A stretch of 64,000 nucleotides of DNA from Malacoraja senta (taxonomy: Eukaryota), in assembly GCA_038087875.1 (NCBI GenBank), contig CM075991.1:12402001-12466000 (forward strand), written 5' to 3'. Positions 1-17,800 of the stretch are shown here, one piece after another. Position 1 is the stretch's first letter. The number at the start of each line of letters is the position of its first letter. Under the pieces are notes generated by a model, which did not search any database, had not been told where the DNA came from, and saw only the letters and a list, made by a program, of their open reading frames with translations. Position numbers and translations under genes: made by a program.

Positions 1-6684
<6,684 letters not shown>

Positions 6685-7544
6685 TAACCCCCCCTCCCAC
6701 TCAGATGGAGCCCACTATGCCATGCCCGGCTGGAGTCTCTGGCCCAGAGTGAGTGAAGCAGGACATCGTTTACAATGGGACACTGTAATATTCAGCAGTA
6801 TCCCAGGTGGGAACTCAGTCTCCTCTTCTGTATTTATTTGCGGTTCGATGGAGCCAGCACCGCCAGTTCAATGTGATCATGTCTGATCATTGAAATTCCC
6901 TCGATGAAAGGTCCCACAAAGCAGCTGCCTCTTTTTGCAAGTTATTTTTTAAGCATTATCGTTCTTGGTCTGTGCATCTTCTAACACAAGCGCACTGGGG
7001 ACTCTGATTCACGATACAATACGTTTAAACCAGCATCTGCAGTTCCTTCTTGCACAGTATATTTATCCAAGGAGGGAAATTGATCTGCCAACAATCATAG
7101 AAACACGAAATACATGAAACATGAAATTAAAGTGAGGAGTGGAAAGGCTTGGGGGATGTGCAAAGATTGGGGGGGGGGGGGGGGGTGAGTCTCAGTCAAT
7201 ACTCAGTTACTTTTGTTTTTCTTTTCAGCCTATAACCCATAAGAACACTAAAACTGGGCCAATATCTGAACAGGAATCCCTTGGGATCACCCGCTGGGAA
7301 TAAAAAGTAGGTCAAAATTCTCCTCCACCATCTCTGTTGTGTAAATTTGCCCAGTTTGTCAGCCTCTCTCTTTCACTACACCCGCTCCTTTCCAACCCCA
7401 AGTTCATCTGCCTCAGTAGAAGGGTCTCGAGCCTAAACGTCACCCATTCCTTCTCCTCCAGAGTTGCTGCCTGACCCGCTGGGCACTTTGTGTCTGTCTT
7501 CATCAGTTGATTGCTCTGGATTCCCGTACTGCTGAAATCATGAG

Positions 7545-8510
7545 TCATTAAGATAAATGTGAGGTTATCCACTTTGGTAGCAAAAACAGGAAGGCAGATT
7601 ACTATCTAAATGGTGTCGTTGGGAAGTACAGCGGGATCTTGGGGTCCTTGTTCATCAGTCTATGAAAGTAAGCATGCAGGTACAGCAGGCAGTGAAGAAA
7701 GCAAATGGCATGTTGGCCTTTATAACAAGAGGAGTCGAGTATAGGAGCAAAGACGTCCTTCTGTAGTTGCACAGGGCCCTAGTGAGACCACACCTGGAGT
7801 ATTGTGTGCAGTTTTGGTCCCCTAATTTGAGGAAGGACATTCTTGCTATTGAGGGAGTGCAGCATAGGTTTACAAGGTTAATTCCCGGGATAGCTGGACT
7901 GTCATATGCTGAGAGAATGGAGCGGGGGTGGAAGATTGCAACCTTCATGTGGTCCGCCTTGTTGCGACTAATGCAATCAACTCGACGTGCACAAACGGAA
8001 GATCAAATAGAACAAGTTGTCCAACAACTTTAGGCTGTGCACGCCACACGAAAGAAGAAGAAGTAGAAGAAGAAGAAGAATGGAGCGGCTGGGCTTGTAC
8101 ACTCTGGAGTTTAGAAGGATGAGAGGGATCTCATTGTAACATATAAGATTGTTAAGGGTTTGGACACGCTAGAGGCAGGAAACATGTTCCCGATGTTGGG
8201 GGAGTCCAGAACCAGGGGCCACAGTTTAAGAATAAGGAGTAAGCCATTTAGAACGGAGATGAGGAAACACATTTTCTCACAGAGAGTGGTGAGTCTGTGG
8301 AATTCTCTGTCCCAGAGGGCGGTGGAGGTCGGTTCTCTGGATACTTTCAAGAGAGAGCTAGATAGGGCTCTTAAAGATAGCGGAGTCAGGGGATGTGGGG
8401 AGAAGGCAGGAACGGGGTACTGATTGGGGATGATCAGCCATGATCACATTGAATGGCAGTGCTGGTTCAAAGGGCCGAATGGCCTACTCCTGCACCTATT
8501 GTCTATTGTC
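7545..8510 (+). mobile_element. CR1-clade LINE (HER1-like), 5'-truncated 3' fragment with a nested insertion
   Basis: RT C-terminal peptides [29 protein letters not shown]; 3' end ...GAATGGCCTACTCCTGCACCTATTGTCTATTGTC. Confidence 0.92.
7926..8076 (+). mobile_element. Short retroposon 3' end with (GAA)n tail and 12-bp TSD
   Basis: AGAATGGAGCGG duplicated at 7914-7925 and 8077-8088; insert ends in GAA repeats; removing it restores the CR1 sequence. Confidence 0.8.
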
Positions 8511-9309
8511 TAAAGCTCCCCATGTCTGGTCATTATTTCCCAGAACCTGTCATTATTGAACTCTTCACGGCAGCTAAACAAAATTGTGCACCAATGTCGA
8601 CTGGTTTCTCGCCGTCCAAAAAGACATGTCAAAAGTCAGGTCAAATCAAATTTATTGTCATTTGCACAAGTATGGTGAGATACAGGTTGAATGCAAATCT
8701 TACTTGCTGCAGAATCACTGGCACGTCAGACTCAGATAATCACACAGAAACATAAATCATACATAAACTGTACGTGGTTCTGGTCGACCCATTGCAGGAA
8801 GGAGGTGGGGACTTTGGAGAGGCTGCGGAAAAAGTATAACCAGAATGATTCGGGGGGATGAGCTACGAGGAGAGGTTGGTCAAACTTGGATTGTTTTCTG
8901 TGGAACGTTGGAGTTGAGTTACATGATAGAAATATATAAAATGATGAGAGGCATAGATAGGGTAGACGGTTGGAACATGTTTCCCAGAGTGGAAATGTCA
9001 AAGACTAGAGGCATAGCTTTAAGATGACAGGGGCAAAGATCAAAGGAGATAGAACATAGAACAGTACAGCACAGGAATGGGCCCTTCAGCCCACAATGTT
9101 TATGTTAACCTGATCTAATCTAATCCATACCCCTCTATTCCCTGCATTTCATTGTGCCAATCCAAAAGCCTCTTAAACGCCATTACAAGGCAAGTTTTGT
9201 ACTTATTGTGCTGCCAGGGCTGGTGGTGCAGACAGATATAGTGGCTTCCAAAGACTTTTAGATAGGCACATGGATATACATGGAATAGAGGAATATGGTT
9301 CATAGACAA

Positions 9310-9705
9310 TATATAATAGGTGCAGGAGTAGGCCATTCGGCACTTTGAACTAGCACCGCCATTCAATGTGTTCATGGCTGATCATCCACAATCAGTACCC
9401 CGTTCCTACCTTCTCCCCATATCCCTTGACTCTGCTATCTTTAAGAGCTCTATCTAACTCTCTCTTGAAAGCATCCAGTGAATTGGCCTCCACAGCCTTC
9501 TGAGGCAGAGAATTCCACAGATTCACAACTCTCTGGGTAAAAAAGTTTTTCCTCATCTCCGTTCTGAATGGCTTACCCCTTTGGCCCCTGGTTCTGGACT
9601 CCCCCAACATCAGGAACATGTTTCTTGCCTCTAGCGTGTCCAATCCTTTAATAATCTTATATGTTTCAATAAGATTCCCTCTCATCCTTCTAAACTCCAG
9701 AGTAT
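9310..9705 (-). mobile_element. CR1/HER1 LINE 3' fragment
   Basis: ORF 9392-9718: LEFRRMRG...ESRTRG...LWNSLPQ...ELDRAL. Confidence 0.9.
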
Positions 9706-10016
9706 ACGAGCGTTCCATTCAAGCAGAGGAGATTAATTTAACTTGGCCTCATGTTGGACATGGGCATTTTGGGCTAGAGGCTTGTTACTGTGCTGTACTT
9801 TTTCTCATTACTGCTATCTCCAGTCTGTTTGACTCCAACCTGGCATCTCCCACTTCCTTTTCATTTACTTCCTGTAACCTATTTCTTTCCCCAGTTTTGG
9901 CTGTGTTCTGAACGAACATTAACCAAAAGGCTTCGTCATGACAAACATAAAGTGCTGGAGTAACTCAGCGGGTCAGGCAGCATCTGTGGTGAAAATGGAT
10001 GTAGGGTCCCGACCCA

Positions 10017-10230
10017 AAACGTCACCTATCCATGTTCTCCAGAGATGTTGCCTGACCCGCTGAGTTACTCCAGCACTCTGTGAAACGTCACCTATCCATG
10101 TTCTCCACAGATGCTGCCTGACCCGCTGAGTTACTCCAGCACTCTGTGAAACGTCACCTGTCCATGTTCTCCACAGATGTTGCCTGACCCGCTGAGTTAC
10201 TCCAGCACTCTGTGAAACATCACCTGTCCA
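10017..10230 (+). repeat. 66-bp tandem array (about 3 units) derived from the Penelope 3' terminus
   Basis: Unit GAAACGTCACCTATCCATGTTCTCCACAGATGCTGCCTGACCCGCTGAGTTACTCCAGCACTCTGT; gives the 22-aa periodic ORF. Confidence 0.9.
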
Positions 10231-10569
10231 CCCTGGGGACAAGGTTCTGACTGTCTACCCCTAACTGCTCCAGGCGATCATCAATTAAAACCAGTCTCAC
10301 TCCCGGGCAAGTCCCTAGTTAGTCGTGATTCCACTACAGCAAGGTTCACAAACTCACCACACTTTACATGTCCAACCCACAGTAGCAGTGAAACCTGAGG
10401 CTGTTTAAATGCCTTTAATCACAAATTAAAATAAAATGCAAATAAAATTACATCCTGGAAATTGTGCTCTGAAAGTCATCTTTTGATTTTTTTCCTTCAG
10501 ATAGAAGTATCATATTGTGGCATGAAACAGGAGGCAAATAGTCAGCCTTTCAAACTGAAGGAACAGAGT

Positions 10570-11285
10570 CTTAGTTTAGAGAGACAGCATGGAAACAGGC
10601 CCTTCGGCCCACCGAGTCCGCGCCGACCAGCGATGACCTGTTTACACTAGTTCTCCCTTATCCCACTTTCTCATCCACTCCCTACCCATTCAGGTCAATT
10701 TACAGAGGGCCAATTAACCTACAAACCCACACGTCTTTGAGGTGTGGGAGGAAACCGGACAAAACCCACGCAATCACAGGGAGAACGTTGGCACTCCACA
10801 CAGACAGCACCCAAGGTCAGGATGGAACCCGGGTCTCTGGCGCTGTAAGGCAGCAGCTCTACCCGCTGTGCTGCCGTGCCACCCAAAGATGTCAATTTGT
10901 GAATGGGTTTTGATGGGTTGGGGGGGGGGGGGTGAGAGACCAGAGGGCTCACAACATACAGAAGTGAATATTAAAATGAATGAACCTGCAAACAGGCCCT
11001 TCGGCCCATCGATTCCATGTGGACCATTGATCACCCGTTCACACTAGTTCTATGTCATCCCACCTTTGCAACATCCTCTCCCTACACATTAGGGACAATT
11101 TACACAAGCCAATTAACCTACAAACCCGCACGTCTTTGGGATTTGGGAGGAAACCGGAGCACCCGGAGGAAACCCGCGCGGTCACAGGTAGCACGTGCAA
11201 ACTCCAGACAGACAGCATCCAAGGTCAGGATGGAACCCGGGTCTCCGGCGCCGTGAGGCAGTGGCTCTATCCGCTGTGCCGCCCA
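10570..11285 (-). mobile_element. Two HE1-type V-SINE copies (about 10570-10880 and 10990-11285)
   Basis: Reverse complement of tRNA-derived head (GGCACAGCAGCGGGTAGAGCTGCTGCC-like, GGGTTCCATCC B box), central V-domain and GGGCCGAAGGGCCTGTTT tail. Confidence 0.85.
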
Positions 11286-11458
11286 CGGTTTGCGTCAGTG
11301 CTTGAATAATTTGCAGTTTGTTGGCTCAGTGCTTCACCAGTCTCCACTTGCACCAGCTTCCAGTCACTGACAGCTTTTAGTGAAGTCTCCGTGCCTCAAT
11401 CCTTCTTCTCCTGGAAGCCTCAAGGAGGGTGAAAGGCCGTCAGCGCCCATTAGTCCAT

Positions 11459-11464
11459 TTTATT
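11459..11464 (-). promoter_or_regulatory. Candidate KCNIP3 polyadenylation signal
   Basis: AATAAA on the - strand about 310 nt after the stop codon, in non-repeat sequence. Confidence 0.35.
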
Positions 11465-11771
11465 CCATCCCATTCCTTTAAAGTCCAGAGAATGTTGGAA
11501 TCTGTCAGATTCAGGATGTTGGACGGAATAACATTATTTCCATTGGAAAAAATATCTTCTACCCTAGAGGAGCAGTCCTTGCTTAGTCAAACCTTGTTGA
11601 GAAAAGCCACGATGCAACGGAACAATTATTCCTCTTTGTTAATTGAAGTTTTTAAAATAGTTTTGTCAAGGAAATAGCATACTTGGAGATCCTCAGGATT
11701 ACAAAGTGTGTGAGACAAGATATAGAATTCCTGCCTGCGTTGTCCCAACTCAGTAGAGGGTTCCGATGCTT

Positions 11772-11819
11772 CTAAAGAGCGTTCTCAAAGAGCTGCATAG
11801 AATGCATGATATTCTCATC
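11772..11819 (-). CDS. KCNIP3: KCNIP3 last coding exon [15 protein letters not shown]
   Basis: Acceptor ctctcctgcag, 48 nt, TAG stop. Confidence 0.95.
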   Translation of the reverse strand, partial: DENIMHSMQLFENAL

Positions 11820-14800
11820 CTGCAGGAGAGAGGAGAGGAGCAGTATTAACAGCACGGAAGCTCACCAGATCTCTGTCAGAGGGCAGTCTGTACCCGGAAC
11901 CAGCTGCCAGAGGAAGCTACAGCAGCCGATAATTCCGGCTTTTAAAAGACATTTGGACAGATACACGGCCAAGAAAGGTTGAGGTGGATATGGGCCAGAA
12001 TGACAACTTGGTCGGCATGGACAGGGTGGGCCGAAGGGCCTGATTCTGTGCTGTACAGCTCTGTGGTGAGTGGTGACAGAATGAATACAGAATTGGCAAA
12101 GGGTCAGAAAATCCAGGTGTAGGAAGGAACTGCAGATGCTGGTTTACACTGAAGATAGACACAAAATGCAGGAGTAACTCAGCAGGACAGGCAGCGTCTC
12201 TGGAGTAAAGGAATGGGCGACATTTCGGGTCAGTCTGAAGAAGGGTCTCGACCCGGAACGTCACCCATTCCTTCTCTCCAGAGAAGCTGCCTGTCCCGCT
12301 GAGTTACTCCACCATTTTTTGTCTCTCTTCAGGGTTGTTTTTCGATAGGGAGGGGGAGTGTGTGTGGGGGGTGGGGTGGGGGGGGGAGGAGTATTGGGAT
12401 TGCTTCTCTTTTCGATGTACGTTAACAAGCTGAACTTGAGTTGACGGGGGTAAGTTTTCACTCAGCACCTCCTTCCCAGGATGGAAGAATCAAATACTAG
12501 AGGCCATAGCTTTAAGGTGAGTGGGGGAAAGTTTACAGGAGATGTGCGGCCAAGTTTTCTCTAGAGGCTGGCGAGTGCATGGGACCCGCTGCCAGGGGTG
12601 TTGGTGGAGGCAGATACAATAGCAGTGTTACAAGACTTCTAGAGGGGCACATGGATATGCAGGGGATGGAGGAATATGGTTCATGTGTAGATGAATGCGA
12701 GTTGGTCTTGGCATACTGTTCAGCACAGACATTGTGGGCCGAAGGGCCAGCTCCTGTGTTGTACTGTGTTATGTTCTATGTTCTATCTTGTGTGACCTCA
12801 GATCGGCCGACTTGGGGTTGCTGAACATCCCGCGGTCTAGGCATAAGCTCAGGGGCGACCGCGCCTTTGCGGTTGCAGCTCCAAGACTGTGGAACAGCAT
12901 CCCTCTTCCCATCCCTCTGCCCCCTCCATCGACTCCTTTAAGTCGAGACTTAAAACTCATCTCTACTCCCAAGCCTTTCTTGACGTCCTCTGAGCGAGGG
13001 CTATATAGAAACATAGAAAATAGGTGCAGGAGTAGGCCATTCGGCCCTTCGAGCCTGCACCGGCGCGAATTGGTCGCTGCTGCTCTCTCCTCAAACTTGT
13101 GTTTCTTATTTTCTTTTGGTGCTTTTGAAATTGAATTCTGTCCTTGATTTGTGTACTGTGGTGTTTTTTTTATTTTTTATTTTATTTATTCCGATTATGT
13201 GTTATTTTGTTTTGTGATTCTATGCATTGTAAGGTGTCCTTGGGTTTTAGAAAGGCGCCAGTAAATAAAATGATTATTATTATTATTATTATAATATGAT
13301 CATGGCTGATCATCCAACTCAGTATCCTGTACCTGCCTTCTCTCCATACCCCCTGATCCCTTTATCCACAAGGGCCACATCTAACTCCCTCTTGAATATA
13401 GCCAATGAACTGGCCTCAACTACCAGCTGGCCTCATATATGTATGTAGTGATGTTTGTATTTAATCTATGAACCACTGTTGTTTGTTATACTATTCTTAT
13501 ACCAATGTAAAGCACTTTGGCCAATGAGAGTTGCTTTGTAAATGTGCTATAGAAATAAAAGTGACTTGACTTGACTTGACCTGACCTCCCGCTGCCAAGG
13601 GAGTTGCTGGATTTAGGGAGGAAGGTGTTTGGGCCTTGTGAGACTGCAGAGGCCGTCTACTGTCCCCAAGAGCTGGAGGAGGAATGTGTTCCTCACCGTT
13701 TGACAGGTCTCCAGGAACTCATCAATTGTCACCACACCATCACGGTTTCTGTCCATCTTCTGAGGAATTAAACACAGATGAGTCTGCTGAGTTACCGTCC
13801 GACATACAAGACCAACACTCCCGAGCCTAACCCAGACCATCACGCAAACCAACCTCCTTTCCATCGACTCCATCTACACCTCACGCTGCCTCGGCAAGGC
13901 CACCAGCATCATCAAGGACCAGTCTCACCCTGGTCACTCCCTGTCCCACCAGGCAAGAGGTACAGAAGTGTGAAAACGCACACCTCCAGATCCAGATTCA
14001 GAGGTAGACAAAAATGCTGGAGAAACTCAGCGGGTGAGGCAGCATCTATGGAGCGAAGGAAATAGGTGACGTTTCGGGTCGAGTTCACTTATTCCTTCAC
14101 TCCACAGGTGCTGCCTCACCCGCTGAGTTTCTCCAGCATTTTTGTCCACCTTCGATTTTTCCAACATCTGCAGTTCTTTCTTAAACACCTCCAGATTCAG
14201 GGACAGTTTCTTCCCAACTGTTATCAGGCAACTGAACTGTCCTCTCACCAACTGGAGAGCGGTCCTGACCTACCATCTACCTCATTGGAGACCCTTGGAC
14301 GATCTTTAATCGGACTTTATCTTGCACTGAGTGTTATTCCCTTTATCCTGTATCTGTGCAGTGTGGATGGTTTGATTCTAATCATGTGTAGTCTTTCCAC
14401 AGACTCGATAGTGAGCAACATAAAAGCTTTTCTTAGTATCTCAACACAAGAGACAATAAACTAATCTAAACTAACACCCTAAGCATGCAACAAGAAAGCT
14501 TTTTGCTGTACCTCAGTCCACGAAACAATAAACGGTACTGGCTCGAAGGGCCGAATGGCCTCCTCCTGCACCTATTTTCTATGTTAATGAAGTAAATTAA
14601 ACTAACGCCCCTCTGTGATTGGAATTCTTCCCGGATTTCCATCATCCTCTCCCATTCCCCATTCCAATGTCCACCTCTGCATTGTTCCATTCCCATCAGC
14701 CCTTTCACCATTAATCGCCACTGACCCTCCGCTTGTCATCGTCCCTCCGCCTCCTTCCACAAACGCCGCCTCATTTCACGTCTCCCCTTTCCGATGAAGA

Positions 14801-17800
14801 GGCAGTGGGGGTTGTTAATGCAGCTTCTGCCACCACAGATGTTGCCCGACCTGCATGGCTCTGCAGGTCCATCCCCCCCCCCCCCCCCCCGAGATACATT
14901 GACCCACTGATTGCTCCCAGCATCTCCAACCTCTTATCCCAGACTAGATGCCATTCAGCTCCAGCTCTCCATCATACCTGGAAGAACCTCTCCACATGTT
15001 CAAGGGGGCTCTCTTGGTGCAGGGCTGGGTACGTGTAACGCCCCATCATGTCATAGATCGACTGAATAATTGCCAACATTTCCTGCAAGTAGAAGAGGAG
15101 GAACGGTGACACCAGGGCCAGACCGCGCCAACTTCATCACATCTGCTCGCTGAATCAGGCCAAGTACTTCATAAACTAAACCCTTCCCCTCCCACACCTC
15201 ACCCCTCACCCTTCCTTATCTCTGTGTCTCCCTCTCCACCCCACTCTCAGTCTGAAGAAGGGTCTCAGCCCAAAACTCAGCGGGACAGGCAGCATCTCTG
15301 GAGAGAAGGAATGGGTGACGTTTCGGGTCGAGACGGAAGAAGGGTCTCGTCCCGTAATGTCACTCATTCCTTCTCCAGAGATGCTGCCTTGTCCTGCTGA
15401 GTTACTCCAGCATTTTATGTCTATCCTAAGTGACAGGTGGATACAGGCAAGGGGATTTTTGATTGGCAAATGGCTGTAAAAAGGCCAGAGGTGAAAGGAC
15501 ATAAAGTGGGAGATAAGAAGATGTGAGGTCAAACCAGAGGAAGGAGTATAGATGGAAGATGATGGTGGTGGGGGGAGGGGGGGGGTGCAAAGTACTTATG
15601 ATACAGAGGCATTATATATAGCAGGTAGACAAAAATGCTGGAGAAACTCAGGGGGTGAGGCAGCATCTATGGAGCGAAGGAAATAGGCAACGTTTCTGGT
15701 CGAGACCCTTCTTCAGACCCGACCCGTCTCGTCCCGAAACGTCGCCTATTTCCTTCGCTCCATAGATGCTGCCTCACCCGCTGAGTTCCTCCAGCATTTT
15801 TGTCTACCTTCGGTTTTTCCAGCATCTACAGTTCCTTCTTAAACATATATCATTGCAAGTACTTTAATTTGTATACATACGGAGACCATTGTGATAAGTA
15901 CTGCAGGCTCCGAATCGTAAGTTGAGACTAAAACACATCATCTCTGGCACAAGGTGGTGGTGGGGTGGAAAACCTGACATGGATTAGGGATCAGGTCATC
16001 ATCAGCAAAACTAGACAGGGATCAAATCAGCAATACTATTTGATCTACGGGGGTGGGGGGGGGGGGGAAGCTAACGACTCCATTATTCCATTATTGGGCA
16101 GAAGCACAGGTGAGGCACCAATGTAGCCTGTGAGAGGAATAGAAGGGTTGGCACTGTCTTATACCCAGAGTGGTGGAATCAAGAACCAGAGGACATAGGT
16201 TTAAGGTGAGAGGAGAAAGATTTAATAGGAACCCGAGTCAACAATTTTTTGCGCAAAGGGGTTGGGTGTATGGAACGACCTGCTGGAGGAGGTAGTTGCG
16301 GCCGGTGCCATCACAACTTTTAACAAGCATTGGATCGTGTAGGTTTGGAGGGATATGGGCCAAACACCGGCAGGCAGGTGGGACAGGTGTAGATGGGACG
16401 TATTGGTCATTGTGGGCAGGTTGGGCCACTGGGCCCGTTTCTGTGCTATATAACTCTAGCTTCAACAAGGCTGCTGCTAGGGTTATAAATGCACTTAAGA
16501 TAGACACAAAATGCTGGAGCATCTTAGCGGGTCAGGCAGCATCTGTGGAGAAAAGGAATGGGTGACGTTTTGGGTTGAGACCCTTCTTCAGACTGAGGTC
16601 TGATGCAATTTACTAGGTCTGACACTTCCAATGAGCATTTGTCCAAGTTTTTTGCTCTTCAGTGACATTAGAGATATTCCATTAAATACATCAGACATTC
16701 TGAAGTAGGGTCCCAACCAGAGACATTGCCTGTCCATTCCCTCTCCAGATGCTGCCTGGCGCGCCGAGTTCCTCCAGCGCTCAGTGTCTCAGCCACAGTC
16801 GGTGCGTGCAGGACAGCAGGCGGTGTTGGCCCTACCTCCTTGGTCACGTAGCCATCCTTGTTGATGTCGTACAGGTTAAAGGCCCAGATGAGCTTCTCGT
16901 TCACGGTTCCCCGCAGTAACACAGACAGACCGATAACAAAATCCTGAGAGGTGGGAGAGTTGAGGAGGTGAAGGGGAAAGTGAATGATCTGTAATAAACT
17001 GCACCAAAAAAAACAAAAATCCAGCAGCGACTGCGCGGTGACGCCTGTTTGGTCGTGAGTAGTCGCCCAAAGAGTCGTACCTTTTTCTGGTCACCGCTGG
17101 ATTTTCAACATTTTGAACATTTTCGGCCACCTGCTGCGACTATGACGGGTCCTTTATGGAGGGCATACCTTTACGGTGAGAGGGGCAACGTTTAAAGGAG
17201 ATGTGCGGGGCAAGATTTCTTACACAGAGGGTGGTGGGTGCCTGGAACACACTATCTGGGTGATGGTGTTTAGTTTAATGTCATTTATACTGAGGTACAG
17301 TGAAGAGCTTTCTGGTGGCAGATACAAGGTAGAGGTGGAGTAAGAGGCTTTTAGATAGGCACATGAATACGCAGGGAATGGATGGATATGGATCACGTGC
17401 AGGCAGTGGAGATCAGCTCAATTTGGCATCATGTTCGGCACGGACATGGCGGGCCGAAGGGACTGTTCTATGTTCTATGACTGGGAAGTGTTCTAAGTTG
17501 ACTCGAGGTCAGGTAAGCTTCTTTAGAAATGTGTTTTTGTACTGATCCCAACCTTCAGATGCATTAGTCTTTCTCAAATTATGTTTCACCTCAAATCGAA
17601 TGGCTCCACTGTTGTCCGTGTCGAACGCGTTAAACAGGAAGTGTGCGTACGTTGTAACATCTGCAACGAGAAAAGGAACGATTTCAGGATAATCCTGACC
17701 ATTAACAAGAACGATCCCAGGAATGAGTGGGTTAACAAATGATGAACGTTTGTCGGCACTGGGCCTGTACTCGCTGGAGTTTAGAAGGATGAGGGGGGAC

